Source of the DNA: a virus
Taxonomy: Duplodnaviria > Caudoviricetes
Length of the DNA: 64,000 nt
Strand: one strand, 5' to 3'
Virus record (IMG/VR): IMGVR_UViG_3300038968_000070
Span: 59,914-123,913 of that record
This document shows positions 1-10,074 of the stretch, in pieces. Both the position numbers and the translations under genes were made by a program. Under the pieces are notes generated by a model, which saw only the letters and a list, made by a program, of their open reading frames with translations, ran no database searches and was not told the origin of the DNA. How positions within the stretch are numbered: position 1 is the stretch's first letter; each line of letters opens with the position of its first letter.

Positions 1-754
1 TGGCACCGCGCCCGAGCGCGTCTTCGAGCGCGTTGCAAAGCCGCTCTTGCTCCGTCGGGCCGAACGGCGTCGCGACGTACCCCATGAATGCGGTCGCGTC
101 GCCGTCGTAGGGCGGGTCGACGAAGATGACATCACCCGCGGCCGCCTCGGCGACGACGTCCTCGAAGTCCCACCCCGGCCGGATATCGGCGTTGCGGATG
201 TGATCGGCGACGGCGGTGAGCGTCTCGACGCTCGGGACGCTAACGCGCCTGCGGTGCCCGTACGGGACGTTGAAGTAGCCCTGCCGGTTCTCGCGGTAGA
301 CCCCGTTGAAGCTCGCGCATTGGAGCCACAAGAAGCGCGCGCTCGGGATCCAGCTCTCGTCGGAGAACGGCTCCACGTTGTGCTGGTAGCGCAGCTCGCC
401 GTAGCCCTCTTCGGTGTTCCAGTTGTCGCCGGTCTTGTCGAGACCGTAGGCGGTCGCGTACTCGACGATCGCGACGGGCTCACGTTGTAGCCACCACCAG
501 AGGTAGGCGACGGGCTTGCACGCGTCGCCGAGGACCATGTCGAGCCCATTCGGCATCGCAAGCGCGACGGCACCGGAGCCGAGGAAGGGCTCGAAGTAGC
601 GCCCGGTCGGCGCGCGCAGCGCCTCGCAACGCGCGGCGAGGTCGACGGCGAACTTGCGCTTCCCGCCGACCCATCGGATGAACGGCTTGAGGGCCGGGGC
701 GGGTGCGTCGACGTCGTCGTCGTCGTTCTCGATCTCTTCAGCGACCGCGGTCAT
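1..754 (-). CDS. dam: Dam-family DNA adenine methyltransferase (3' end runs off the window)
   Basis: Translated by hand (absent from ORF track): FIRWVGGK, YFEPFLGSGAV, FNGVYRENRQGYFNVPYG (Dam-type target-recognition loop), VDPPY. Confidence 0.93.
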   Translation of the reverse strand, partial: MTAVAEEIENDDDDVDAPAPALKPFIRWVGGKRKFAVDLAARCEALRAPTGRYFEPFLGSGAVALAMPNGLDMVLGDACKPVAYLWWWLQREPVAIVEYATAYGLDKTGDNWNTEEGYGELRYQHNVEPFSDESWIPSARFLWLQCASFNGVYRENRQGYFNVPYGHRRRVSVPSVETLTAVADHIRNADIRPGWDFEDVVAEAAAGDVIFVDPPYDGDATAFMGYVATPFGPTEQERLCNALEDALGRGA

Positions 755-820
755 GCAGTCCTACCCCTATCACGTGGGTGCGTCAGATCCCGTTGAATAC
801 AATCGGCTCACGCGACAGCT

Positions 821-3604
821 TCACTTCTTCACCTTGAACTTCGAGAGCCCGGGGCGCCCGACGTCCCAGACCAGCTGAGGGTGCTTGGCCTTCTGCTTGT
901 CGCTCGGCTCGACGTGGTACGCATAGCCGATCTTGAGATCGTTCGGGAACGGGATCACGTCGCCGCTGACACCCTTGACCTCGATGTAGAACGCCTCGTC
1001 GACGTCCTTCGCGAGCCGCTCGGCGTCGTCCTCCCAGCACTCGAAGTAGATCGCGTCGTGCTGGTGCAGAATCGGGAACGCGTCGTCGTACTTCTCCAGG
1101 CGCTTCATGATCTCGACCAGGCCCAGGTCCATGACGTCGGCGCCGAAAAACTGGTTCGGGTTGTTGGCGATGTCGGTCGGCGGCGGGTTCCCTAGCGGGA
1201 AGACGCGACGACGCCCGAGGATGAAGCTGCGTAGCGTGTACGGCGGCTGCGACGTCGTGTAGAGCAAGCGCTGTTGCCACGCGAAGACGCCGGGCACGGC
1301 TTTCTTCATCGTCGCGATCGCCTCGCGGATCATCTGGAAGCCGCGCGGGCCAGCGAGCGACGGGACCTCGGCGGCGATCGCGCGGTGCACCGTCGCGTCA
1401 GCGCCGCCGTAGATCGCGCCGTATTCGACGCGCTTTGTCGTGTCGCGGAGGTGGTTGTACTCCTCGGACGCTTTGTCGAGGTACCCCATCTTCGGGAACG
1501 CGATGACGCCGAACTCGTGGTGGATGTCCTTGCCGTCGCGGAAGATGCCGCAGAGGAACGGGTCGCCGCTCTGCACCGCCATCGACCGCGCTTCGAGCTG
1601 CGCCTTGTCGAACGCGACGATGGCGCGGCGCGGTGGCGCGACGAGCTGCCGCCGGATGTTCGGCAGGCGACGCCGCGGGTCCTCGTTCGTCTCGTCGCCC
1701 ATCGACCAGTTGGAGCTGGCCGGTTCCTCGGAGCCGTAGCGCCCGCTGATCTGCGTCGGCTTCCAGATCGGGTGGACGCGGCCGTCTTCCTGTACGAACG
1801 GCGGGCGCCACTTGCCGGCGCTGTCCTGCGTCCACTCGTACATGCGCACGACGAACGTGTCGAACAACTGCTCGTTGGCGCGCAGCCGTAGAAGCTCGTC
1901 GACCTCGGGGTAGTTGGCAAACTTCTCCAGCACCGACGCGCCGGTCGCGGTACGCCCGCCCTTCGTCGTCGCCCAGAGCGGCACGCCGGCCGCCTTCAGG
2001 AACGCCGCGGCGTGCCAGTCGTTCGACGCGCTGAACTCGAACTTGCCCTTCTCGATCTCCTTCGCCAGCTCGGCCTCACGGACGCGGATACGGTCGGCGT
2101 AGAACTCGGGGTCTTTCTTGCGCTGCGTCTTCGCCCGTTCGGCGGCGAGCTTGGCGTGCACGCGATCCGCGATCTCGCGGTACCGCCCGTCCATGAACGT
2201 GTTGGCTTCGTCGATGACGGTCTTGAGCCGCTTCTTGATCTCGGCGTTGACGTCCGGGTCGACGTAGTAGCCCCGCAGGTGCATCTTCGTCGCGAAGGCA
2301 CCCTTGATCTTGTCGACGTCGTAGACCTTCTCGACGCCGTAGCGCTTGATCCAAAAGAGCGTCGGCGCGATCGTCGCATCGGTGGCGAACGCGTCCTTCG
2401 CCGAATAGACCGCTTCGTCTTCGAGGCTATCACCGGCGTCGCGAAACTCGCTCTTCCACGGCTCGATCGCTCGGTACTGGCAAGCGACGTGTTGGAGCGT
2501 CTTCTTGGCGCCCGGCCACGCGACGTGCTGCCCGAGGAGCGTGTCCTCCGTCGGACCGTTGATCGTGAAGCGGTACCACTGGTTCTGCGAGACGGCGCCG
2601 TCGTAGACCTGCCCGTTGTGCCACGCCTTCGTGACGTTCGGGTCGGCGAGCACCTTACCGTACTCCTCGACCATCACCGGGTCGAGGAGATCCCACAGCA
2701 CGCAGCACGCCTTACCGTCGCTGGCCAAGCTGAGCAGCCGGATCTTCGCCACGAACGCCTGCAACGCGAAGTTACGCTCGGGGTCGTCGACGTACGTCTC
2801 GTAGTCGATCGTGAGGCGCCCGGTGTCACGCGCGGCGCAGAGACGCTCCCAGACTAGCTCACGCGCACGGTTGGGGTCCTTCAGCTCGATGAACAGCTCC
2901 TCACCGACGCGCATCCGTAGGCGGATGTCCTTACCGTCGGCGAGGTTCTTGACCTTGAGGATGTCCCACTTGAGCGACCAGTACGCGAGGTCGGCGACGT
3001 GTGAGCCGGTCTTCTCCGGGCCCTTGTCGCCGTCGCCGGAGCTGCGAAGGATCGCCGCCGGATGCACGGACGGGATGATCGACCGGACGCCGCTACCGTC
3101 GACGTCGACCTCGAAGTGCGCGCCGGCGATCTTCGTGATCGGCAACGTCGTCGCTCCTTCAAGGAGCGTCGCCGCGGCGACGTCACCGAGGACGAGCACG
3201 GGAATATCGGGGCGCTCCATCAGCTCGCGTTCGAGCCGTGGCTGGCAACACTTCGCGGCCTGCTTTCGGACCTTGGGGTCCTTCCCGAGCTTGCCAAGAG
3301 GCGGGCACAGGGTCGCGTTCGTCACCCACGCCAGGTTCCGGTCGACGTTCGTCTCACGGAGCCCACGGTCGAGTAGCTGCCCCGTGGGGCCGGCGAACGG
3401 CACACCTCGCCGGACCTCTTCGGCACCAGGACCCTCGCCGACGATCACGAAGCGCGGGTTCTCAGGACCGATGCCGCGCACCGGGTGGCTCGGCCGGCCG
3501 TCGACCGCGAACGGGCACTCGGCGCAGTTCGCGCCGTCGGTGTCGCCACGGACGACCGTGGGTGTCGCCGGCGGCGGCGGCGTATCGGTAGCGACGTCAG
3601 TCAC
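821..3604 (-). CDS. polA: Family A DNA polymerase with N-terminal family-4 uracil-DNA glycosylase-like domain and 3'-5' exonuclease
   Basis: CxxC, GEGPG, HPAA (UDG); DYET, YDG, YSAKD (Exo I-III); DKAQLEAR, KRVEYGAIYG, HQHDA (Pol motifs A-C). Confidence 0.95.
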   Translation of the reverse strand: MTDVATDTPPPPATPTVVRGDTDGANCAECPFAVDGRPSHPVRGIGPENPRFVIVGEGPGAEEVRRGVPFAGPTGQLLDRGLRETNVDRNLAWVTNATLCPPLGKLGKDPKVRKQAAKCCQPRLERELMERPDIPVLVLGDVAAATLLEGATTLPITKIAGAHFEVDVDGSGVRSIIPSVHPAAILRSSGDGDKGPEKTGSHVADLAYWSLKWDILKVKNLADGKDIRLRMRVGEELFIELKDPNRARELVWERLCAARDTGRLTIDYETYVDDPERNFALQAFVAKIRLLSLASDGKACCVLWDLLDPVMVEEYGKVLADPNVTKAWHNGQVYDGAVSQNQWYRFTINGPTEDTLLGQHVAWPGAKKTLQHVACQYRAIEPWKSEFRDAGDSLEDEAVYSAKDAFATDATIAPTLFWIKRYGVEKVYDVDKIKGAFATKMHLRGYYVDPDVNAEIKKRLKTVIDEANTFMDGRYREIADRVHAKLAAERAKTQRKKDPEFYADRIRVREAELAKEIEKGKFEFSASNDWHAAAFLKAAGVPLWATTKGGRTATGASVLEKFANYPEVDELLRLRANEQLFDTFVVRMYEWTQDSAGKWRPPFVQEDGRVHPIWKPTQISGRYGSEEPASSNWSMGDETNEDPRRRLPNIRRQLVAPPRRAIVAFDKAQLEARSMAVQSGDPFLCGIFRDGKDIHHEFGVIAFPKMGYLDKASEEYNHLRDTTKRVEYGAIYGGADATVHRAIAAEVPSLAGPRGFQMIREAIATMKKAVPGVFAWQQRLLYTTSQPPYTLRSFILGRRRVFPLGNPPPTDIANNPNQFFGADVMDLGLVEIMKRLEKYDDAFPILHQHDAIYFECWEDDAERLAKDVDEAFYIEVKGVSGDVIPFPNDLKIGYAYHVEPSDKQKAKHPQLVWDVGRPGLSKFKVKK

Positions 3605-3768
3605 GGTCGCGTGGTCTCCTCAACAACATCGAAACGTGGGGCACCCAGACGAAGTGCGTGCAACCGCGTTGCGAGCGCATCGATCTGCGCCGGATTCAGC
3701 TGCAAGTCGCGGCTGTTGTCGATCAACCAACGCCGCCAGCGGTCAACGGAGCCTCGCGCCATCGTCGA

Positions 3769-4014
3769 TCACTCGACATCGTGCAACACCAACATCGGTC
3801 GCTCGGCCGACGGCGCGATCGTCCTCCAATGCTCCGAGCCGGGCCCACCACCGGCGACGATGCGCGTGAACGCGTCGCGATGCTCGGCGATGACCGCCTC
3901 GTCGTGGATCACGGCGAAGTAGCGCCCGGGTCCGGGGTCGTGGTTGACGGCGACGAAGATGTACTGCTTGGCGCCGGGACGTCGGCGCAGTTCATCGAGC
4001 GTGAGCTTGGGCAT
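3769..4014 (-). CDS. hypothetical protein
   Basis: ATG with AAGGGA upstream; within minus-strand operon. Confidence 0.5.
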   Translation of the reverse strand: MPKLTLDELRRRPGAKQYIFVAVNHDPGPGRYFAVIHDEAVIAEHRDAFTRIVAGGGPGSEHWRTIAPSAERPMLVLHDVE

Positions 4015-4256
4015 GGTTCCCTTCTTGTTGCTGTGTTGAACGCGACGAGGAGCGCGTCCCACTGCGCCGACGTGAGCGATGGCTCGAACTTGTAGCCAGA
4101 GCGCATGACGACGACGCCGTTACTTTCGTTGTTATGCTCGCGGGGCGGGTCGACGCGGATGAACGCGATCTCGTCGACGCGCAGGTTGATGACGACCGGT
4201 GCGGAGCCGGAGCCATCGATGAGGAACTCGGTGTAGATGAACGCGAAGATCGTCAC
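3909..4256 (-). CDS. hypothetical protein
   Basis: Start overlaps thyX-like stop; protein-like composition. Confidence 0.5.
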   Translation of the reverse strand: MTIFAFIYTEFLIDGSGSAPVVINLRVDEIAFIRVDPPREHNNESNGVVVMRSGYKFEPSLTSAQWDALLVAFNTATRREPCPSSRSMNCADVPAPSSTSSSPSTTTPDPGATSP

Positions 4257-5323
4257 GACCGCCGCCGCACGGCTTCCATCCGCTTGTACGCCTCGACGGC
4301 GCGCGACGCCGCACGGATCTCAGCGAGCGACGGCGGCCGCTCGCCGGCGCGCTGCGCCTCGCCGAGCGGGCACACCTTGACGTGGTTGCCGTTCCAGCAC
4401 CCGCAAGCCGCACACTTGACGGTCGTAGGACCGGCTTCACCCGGGATGAACTTGCGGAACTGCTTCCAGCCCTTGAACGGTCCGTAGAACCGTCGGTCGC
4501 CGGTCGCCATACACGGGTGCTCGAACGGGCTCATGTGCATCGGGCCGCCGTCCTTGGCGGACGCGATGAGCTTGTCGTGCAAGGCGACGTCGTCGACGAC
4601 GTCACGCACGCCGTTGTGGGTCAGGTAGCTGACGCGCGCGCAGCGCCCGGTCGAGATCTCGCGCAGCCACTTCGACATGGCTTCGATCGGCGCCTTGTGC
4701 GCGACGTCGATCTCGGTGTCGAAGTCGACGAACGGCAAGTGCCACGACGGTTGGTGCTCGTCTTCAAGGCCGAGGTCGGCGCTGCCAGGGCCGGGCGGCC
4801 GGTAGACCGGCATGTGCTCGTGGTACGACTCCCACGCAAGCGTCGCGAGCTTCTGGAAGCTCGGCTCGGCGTCCTTGTGCTTGCGGAGGTGGAAGAAGTT
4901 GGCCCACTCGGTCGCGGTGATGACGATCGTGATCATCATCCACGGCTCGATGACGCGGTTCACCACCTGCTTTGCAAGACCGAGCTGCTCACCCTCCTCA
5001 TGATGTGCCGCCATCAGGTCACGTCCACGCAGCCACCACGCCTCCGCCGCGGCGGTGTCCTCGACCTCCTCGAAGGCTTGCATCCCCCTCTGATTCTTTC
5101 CCCATGAACCCGGGTACGCCGGCGCTTCGAGCACGCGAGCGCGCAGCTTCGCCGCGGGAATGGCGCGGCTCGATGCGCTGTTCCGACGCAGCATTCCGTG
5201 CGTCAACACCTCCGAATGGATGTGCCGTGGGTATGTCCACTCGAAGGTGGTAAGGCGATCACCCCCATCAGTGATCGAATCGGCGATGACGTTGACGGTG
5301 ATCGGTGCCGCAGGCATGGTCAA
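4253..5323 (-). CDS. thyX: ThyX/Thy1-like flavin-dependent thymidylate synthase (phage type)
   Basis: PRHIHSEVLTH..RNSASSRAIP, KQVVNRVIEPW, NFFHLR, RCARVSYLTH, HMSPFEH. Confidence 0.8.
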   Translation of the reverse strand: MTMPAAPITVNVIADSITDGGDRLTTFEWTYPRHIHSEVLTHGMLRRNSASSRAIPAAKLRARVLEAPAYPGSWGKNQRGMQAFEEVEDTAAAEAWWLRGRDLMAAHHEEGEQLGLAKQVVNRVIEPWMMITIVITATEWANFFHLRKHKDAEPSFQKLATLAWESYHEHMPVYRPPGPGSADLGLEDEHQPSWHLPFVDFDTEIDVAHKAPIEAMSKWLREISTGRCARVSYLTHNGVRDVVDDVALHDKLIASAKDGGPMHMSPFEHPCMATGDRRFYGPFKGWKQFRKFIPGEAGPTTVKCAACGCWNGNHVKVCPLGEAQRAGERPPSLAEIRAASRAVEAYKRMEAVRRRS

Positions 5324-5916
5324 CTCTCCCGACGCGAGCGCGTCGCCAACGCCACACGCACGGCATCCGCACGCGCAGCTAGTGATTCAACATGCCGAAG
5401 GAAATCCTCCGGCGACAGGTCCCACTTCATCGTGTTGCAGACGAAGCAACACGCGACGATGTTGTCGATCGTGTAGCCACGGTCGGCGTTGACGCGATCG
5501 AGCCCATGACAGGGGGCGCCGCGCCGACCGAACGGGCGCGCAGGTTCTCGCAGCACCCGCGACGGCGCTGCACCGCAATAAAAGCACGGCTCGAAGATCC
5601 GTGCCGCGGTCGCGGTCTCGGTCAGGTCGAACGGGAGTCCCCGCTTGCGCGCCGAGACGCGCAAATAGGCCAACACGCGACGCGCGATCCGCAGCCGCGG
5701 GTCACGGCAACGTGGTTCGTAGTTCAAGCAACCGCACGATTTGGCGCGATCGCCAGTCACGTGCTCGTGCCGAAACCATTTCTCGCGGCCGCACACGCAG
5801 CGCGCGCGCACTTCCTTCACACGCCGAACGGTGCCCGTCTTGAACGTTCGGTCGACCGAACGAACTTCCAAGATCGTCAACCGATTGCGTACGTCACCGG
5901 CCATCAAGCCCATCAC
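5320..5916 (-). CDS. HNH endonuclease (homing-type)
   Basis: CVCG..KSCGC N-terminus; CFYCG..GLDRVN..GYTIDNIVACCFVCN. Confidence 0.85.
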   Translation of the reverse strand: MMGLMAGDVRNRLTILEVRSVDRTFKTGTVRRVKEVRARCVCGREKWFRHEHVTGDRAKSCGCLNYEPRCRDPRLRIARRVLAYLRVSARKRGLPFDLTETATAARIFEPCFYCGAAPSRVLREPARPFGRRGAPCHGLDRVNADRGYTIDNIVACCFVCNTMKWDLSPEDFLRHVESLAARADAVRVALATRSRRES

Positions 5917-6098
5917 GACGGGCCTTTCACGACGACGAACGCGAGGCGCTCGCTCAGGATTTGAACGGTGACGATCGTCTCGTCGACGAACACGTTGCGA
6001 TTGAGTGTGTGATCAAGGACCGCTTCGAGCGGCGGCGGGTGACGCCACTCATCATGGTTGACGCGGTCCAGATCGACGCGGATGGTGCGGTACTTCAC
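5913..6098 (-). CDS. hypothetical protein
   Basis: 4-bp overlaps with both neighbours. Confidence 0.55.
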   Translation of the reverse strand: MKYRTIRVDLDRVNHDEWRHPPPLEAVLDHTLNRNVFVDETIVTVQILSERLAFVVVKGPS

Positions 6099-6448
6099 TT
6101 CAGCCTCGTCACCTTCGGCGTGTGCGCCTGGCAGCGAGGCTGACCGTTGACGAGCCGATACGCGGCGGCGCCGCAGCCGTCTTCACCGACCGGTCGCGAC
6201 AGATGCGTGCATTTCTGCGCCGATGAGATCAGCGAGTCGATGTGCCAGCCGAGGTACCACTCGGCCTTTTCGAGATCCTCGACGAGCTTCGCAGCGTCCT
6301 TCTTGCCGGCGCGCGCGATGTACTTGACGGTGTTGCCCAGCGCGAAGTTGAGCCCCCACGCGGCGATCACCTTGATCGCCTCGTAGACGTTGCTACCGCC
6401 GCCGTAGTGGCTCGGGTGATCGACGGCTTCACGCCGATCGACCGTCAC
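6095..6448 (-). CDS. DUF3310-like phage protein
   Basis: VDHPSHY..EAIKVI..NFALGNTVKYIARAGKK..EDLEKAEWYL. Confidence 0.85.
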   Translation of the reverse strand: MTVDRREAVDHPSHYGGGSNVYEAIKVIAAWGLNFALGNTVKYIARAGKKDAAKLVEDLEKAEWYLGWHIDSLISSAQKCTHLSRPVGEDGCGAAAYRLVNGQPRCQAHTPKVTRLK

Positions 6449-7083
6449 AGCGACGCCTCCAGCACGACATCACCACCACGGCACCGGCGCCCGGCCCGCG
6501 GCTCGACGTCGTCGCCCGTACGCTCGATGGCCACGACCGACATCAGGTCGCGCAGACCACCGGGCTTCCAGAGCTTGGGCGAGTCGTAGCGGATGTACCA
6601 GCCGGGCGGCCGAATGCGCGGGTTGCGCTGCGCGGCGTACGGCAGCAGCGAGTCGCCGATGCTGGCGACGCGACGGTCACCGACGAGCACGCGAACGGCG
6701 CGCTGCACGGCGCGGACCGACACGCTGCCGAAGTCGTCGATCACGGCCTGGTGCAAATCCGCGATCGGGACCGGCACGTAGTCGCCGATGTGCGCGTACG
6801 CGACCTCGATCAAGTCATCGTTGGCGTCGTCGAGGCGTCGCCGCGGGCTGGCACCGCCGGGGCGAACGCGGTTGAACACGGCGTCGCCGCCGCAGTAGTC
6901 GCAGCGCGGTGCCGCGACGTCGTCACGGACGAACCCACAGTCGCGGCACACCACCTCGAAGGCGTCGACCGTCTTCGTGGCTTTGATCGCGCGCGCGATC
7001 TTTCCGTGGGCTTCGTGTAGCTCCGTCCGGTCGCACTTGGGATCGCGGCAGAACTGAAGCAGGTCGAGATCGAACAGTCTCAT
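6445..7083 (-). CDS. Zn-ribbon / winged-helix-like hypothetical protein
   Basis: Start reassigned to ATG 7083 (MRLFDLD); CRDCG..CDYCG. Confidence 0.6.
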   Translation of the reverse strand: MRLFDLDLLQFCRDPKCDRTELHEAHGKIARAIKATKTVDAFEVVCRDCGFVRDDVAAPRCDYCGGDAVFNRVRPGGASPRRRLDDANDDLIEVAYAHIGDYVPVPIADLHQAVIDDFGSVSVRAVQRAVRVLVGDRRVASIGDSLLPYAAQRNPRIRPPGWYIRYDSPKLWKPGGLRDLMSVVAIERTGDDVEPRAGRRCRGGDVVLEASL

Positions 7084-7195
7084 GGTCCCCCGAACACGAG
7101 AGTGAGAGGAAAGGGGCCCCGTTGACGAACGGGACGGCAGTGAACGCACACGGGGCCACGTGCGACGTCCTGGCTCGGCTGCGCGAGCGCGCAGG

Positions 7196-7792
7196 TTAGC
7201 GCGCGCGCTGCGGCGGAGCCGCGGGCCGCGCCGGCGGCGCGGGGGGACGCGCCGGCGGGGCGTTGTTGGCGCGGGCGGGCGCCGGCGGCGGAGCGGCGGC
7301 GGCCGCCTGCTCCTCCTCGACCGGCTCCTCCTGCGAGAGCGAGACGTTGGTGTACGTCTTCTCGCGACCCTCCTGCGGGTCGTACTTCGTCGACGTCTCC
7401 AGCGACGCGTTGGCGTACATCTCGCAGCCGACGACGTTCTTGGTCTCGAACGACAGGCGGACCGGGTCGATGCCGGGCACGCGGAGCGCGTCGCGGAACA
7501 CGTGGGCGATGCGGCCGCCGTGACCCTTGAGCTTGAACTTCTGCCCCGAGACGAGGTACCACTGGCGGAACTGCTCGCCCGCGCCGGCACCGCCGTCGAC
7601 CTTCTCGTAGGTCACGACGATGTTCTTGCCGTCACCGGCCTTGGTCGGGTCGACGGTGCACGCGACCGCGCGGAAGCGGTGGCGCCCCGGCTCGATCGTC
7701 GGCGCGCCGCCCTGGCCGTCCCACCCGGCGATGCCCTCGGCCGGGACGTTGTCGAAGCCCTCGATGACGAAATTCTGATCTTCGTTGCTCAT
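7196..7792 (-). CDS. DUF669-like ssDNA-binding protein
   Basis: IEPGRHRF beta-rich core, Pro/Ala tail, AAGGA RBS, adjacent to AAA ATPase. Confidence 0.6.
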   Translation of the reverse strand: MSNEDQNFVIEGFDNVPAEGIAGWDGQGGAPTIEPGRHRFRAVACTVDPTKAGDGKNIVVTYEKVDGGAGAGEQFRQWYLVSGQKFKLKGHGGRIAHVFRDALRVPGIDPVRLSFETKNVVGCEMYANASLETSTKYDPQEGREKTYTNVSLSQEEPVEEEQAAAAAPPPAPARANNAPPARPPAPPARPAAPPQRAR

Positions 7793-7897
7793 GCTCTTTC
7801 CTTGCTCTTGTTGAGGGGTTGTTGCCCCGGTTGCTTACAGACGAGGGGTGTCGCCCCTCAACTCGAATCGTGGTGACCGATCACTCGACGCCAGCGC

Positions 7898-8821
7898 TCA
7901 GCGCTGACGAACGGGCGGACGCGGCCGCGGCGCGGCGGGCGCCGGCGTGCTCGTGCCGTTCGACGGTGGCGGCGCCATGGCACCGGGCGGCGCGAGCGTC
8001 GGCGCGGCGCTCTTGAGCAGCGTGATCGCGTGCTCGAACGCGTCGTCGGGGACGTCGGCCGGCGCCCACTCAGGCAGGCCGAGGATCTCCGCGACCTGCC
8101 GGAACGTCGGCCACGGCATCGGGTCGGGGAGCAAGCCACCGTCGCGGCAACCGGCGATGTACTTGTCGAACGCCTGCGTGCGCGCCTCGTAGACGGTGAC
8201 CGGCGCCTTGGTCTCGGGATCCTCGGCGACCCACTTGCGATGGTAGAAGATGTAGTCGCAGCCGGCGGGGAAGCGCTGACGCGACTTGCCCGAGAGCATC
8301 GGACCACCGAGCTGTTGCTCGTCAGGCGGCGCCGCGAGCGCGAGCCACACGACGTGGCACGGCCACTTGTGGACCTGCACGCGCGTGTTCGACAGGTGGT
8401 TCGCCATCGCGCCGTAGAGCGCGCGCGTGTCCATGCCCTTCGAGCCGCCACCGAGCGCCTTCAGCATCTTCTGGTGCTCGTGCTGGTACCAGCTCTCGGC
8501 GTAGAACGTGAGTGAGTCGATGACGACGGTGGTGATCCAGCCGTTGCGGACCCACTCCTCGGCGATCGTCAAGGCGACGATCATCTGGCTCTGATCGGCG
8601 ACGGGCAGGACGACCGGGCCCTTGCCAGGGTGGTAGAACTGATCCTCCGGCATGTGTTCGAGCGTGGTCCACCCGCGCTCGCTCGCGTCGGAGATGAAGA
8701 GCGCGTTGGGCGTCGTGCCGGCGAAGAAGGTCTTTCCCGCGCGCGTGTCGCCGTAGCAACAGAACGTGCGGTAGCTGGCCGCCGACGACTGGCCAGAACG
8801 GATACGGATGGGTTGGATCAC
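7898..8821 (-). CDS. AAA_24/Sak4-like P-loop ATPase
   Basis: YGDTRAGKT Walker A; VVIDSLT Walker B. Confidence 0.85.
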   Translation of the reverse strand: MIQPIRIRSGQSSAASYRTFCCYGDTRAGKTFFAGTTPNALFISDASERGWTTLEHMPEDQFYHPGKGPVVLPVADQSQMIVALTIAEEWVRNGWITTVVIDSLTFYAESWYQHEHQKMLKALGGGSKGMDTRALYGAMANHLSNTRVQVHKWPCHVVWLALAAPPDEQQLGGPMLSGKSRQRFPAGCDYIFYHRKWVAEDPETKAPVTVYEARTQAFDKYIAGCRDGGLLPDPMPWPTFRQVAEILGLPEWAPADVPDDAFEHAITLLKSAAPTLAPPGAMAPPPSNGTSTPAPAAPRPRPPVRQR

Positions 8822-9174
8822 GCGGCGATCTCCTCGACCCACGCGACGCAGAACTCGCCGGTCGCGGGGTCATACTTCGTGTTGTCGACGAGCACGTCTT
8901 GCGCCACCCCGGCCTCCAGCGCGATGCACATGACGACGACGATGACGGCGTCCGGCGGATGGAGCGGGTACGGACCTTGACTGATCGGTGATGCGATCAC
9001 TCGCCAGATACCGGGCGGCGTGCGATCGGTGATGACCTTCCAGCCCAGGACGACGCGAATCGCGGTGAGGCCGCCGGCAGCCTCGACCGCCGCGCCCTCG
9101 ATGACGTGCACGAGCGCGCGGACGTCGACGCCGGGGAACGCGGACACGGCCTCGCGGATCTGCGCCTCGGTCAC
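8818..9174 (-). CDS. hypothetical protein
   Basis: Operon packing with 4-bp overlaps. Confidence 0.6.
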   Translation of the reverse strand: MTEAQIREAVSAFPGVDVRALVHVIEGAAVEAAGGLTAIRVVLGWKVITDRTPPGIWRVIASPISQGPYPLHPPDAVIVVVMCIALEAGVAQDVLVDNTKYDPATGEFCVAWVEEIAA

Positions 9175-9356
9175 TTCGAGACCTCGACGACGTCGGCGAG
9201 GACGAAGGACGGGAACTGCCGCAGCACGTCCGTCGCAGCCATGCGGTCGTGGAACCGCACCGCGGTGCGCTTGGTGCCGCCCATCATCGGGAATCGGGGG
9301 TTGGTGCCGTTGTAGTAGCGCCCGGTCATGGTGTCTTTGATGAGATAGACGGTCAT
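9171..9356 (-). CDS. hypothetical protein
   Basis: MTVYLIKD start; 4-bp overlaps. Confidence 0.55.
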   Translation of the reverse strand: MTVYLIKDTMTGRYYNGTNPRFPMMGGTKRTAVRFHDRMAATDVLRQFPSFVLADVVEVSK

Positions 9357-9844
9357 TGCGCAGACCTCCACAAACCGGTGCGGATCGTCGTCACGTCGTA
9401 GAATTCACGCGCCGTGTACCGACGCCAGCGCGGCGGGTCGCCGACCTCGTAGAGCCAGAACGCAGCGATCTCGGCGTCGAGGATCGCGTTGGCGCACGGC
9501 AAGCAGCGCGGGCCGCCGCCGGCGACGAGCTGACCGTCGACGGTCTTGACGTGCACGGCTTCGAGACGAGAGATCGGGTCGCCATGCCGAACCGCCGCAA
9601 GCGCACGCTGCTCGGCGTGCACGCAGTACGCCGCGCAGCGCTCAGCACACGCCTCGGTCCGAAGGCACGGCAAGCCGCCCGGCGGTGCGTTGAAACCGGC
9701 GCTCGAAAGTCGCACGGCGCCGGCGTCGTTGACGAAGAAGAGCGCAACGCCACGCTTGCTCTTCGCGCACGGCGACGCGTTCGCCACACGAACGGCGAGG
9801 TCGATCACCTCGGGCGGGGGCGTCGTGAGAACCGCCCCACGCAT
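9353..9844 (-). CDS. dCMP/cytidine deaminase-like Zn enzyme
   Basis: SPC..RG, GFN, CVHAEQ, PRCLPC. Confidence 0.85.
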   Translation of the reverse strand: MRGAVLTTPPPEVIDLAVRVANASPCAKSKRGVALFFVNDAGAVRLSSAGFNAPPGGLPCLRTEACAERCAAYCVHAEQRALAAVRHGDPISRLEAVHVKTVDGQLVAGGGPRCLPCANAILDAEIAAFWLYEVGDPPRWRRYTAREFYDVTTIRTGLWRSAQ

Positions 9845-10074
9845 CACCACGGACCTCCTTCGAGCACGACCGTGTACGTCGGTTCGGCTTGCGTCGGCGA
9901 TAGCGACGCGTCGAACGCGTCGAACGCCTTGATCTTGGCGTGCAACTCGACGATCGCGTCGCAGCGCCCGCAACGGTGATCGTATTCGCAGTCGCACCCA
10001 CGCGACGTCTTACGCGCGGCCGCGATCACGGCCTCGGCAAGCTCGTCCCACCGCGCGTGAAGCTCGCCGCTCAC
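9844..10074 (-). CDS. hypothetical protein
   Basis: GTGA/TGATG coupling with neighbours. Confidence 0.5.
   Translation of the reverse strand: MSGELHARWDELAEAVIAAARKTSRGCDCEYDHRCGRCDAIVELHAKIKAFDAFDASLSPTQAEPTYTVVLEGGPW

Noticed and set aside
7112-7157. GGCCCCGT..ACGGGGCC inverted repeat after the SSB-like gene
   Set aside because: Long loop and weak U-tract; cannot be distinguished from chance at this GC content
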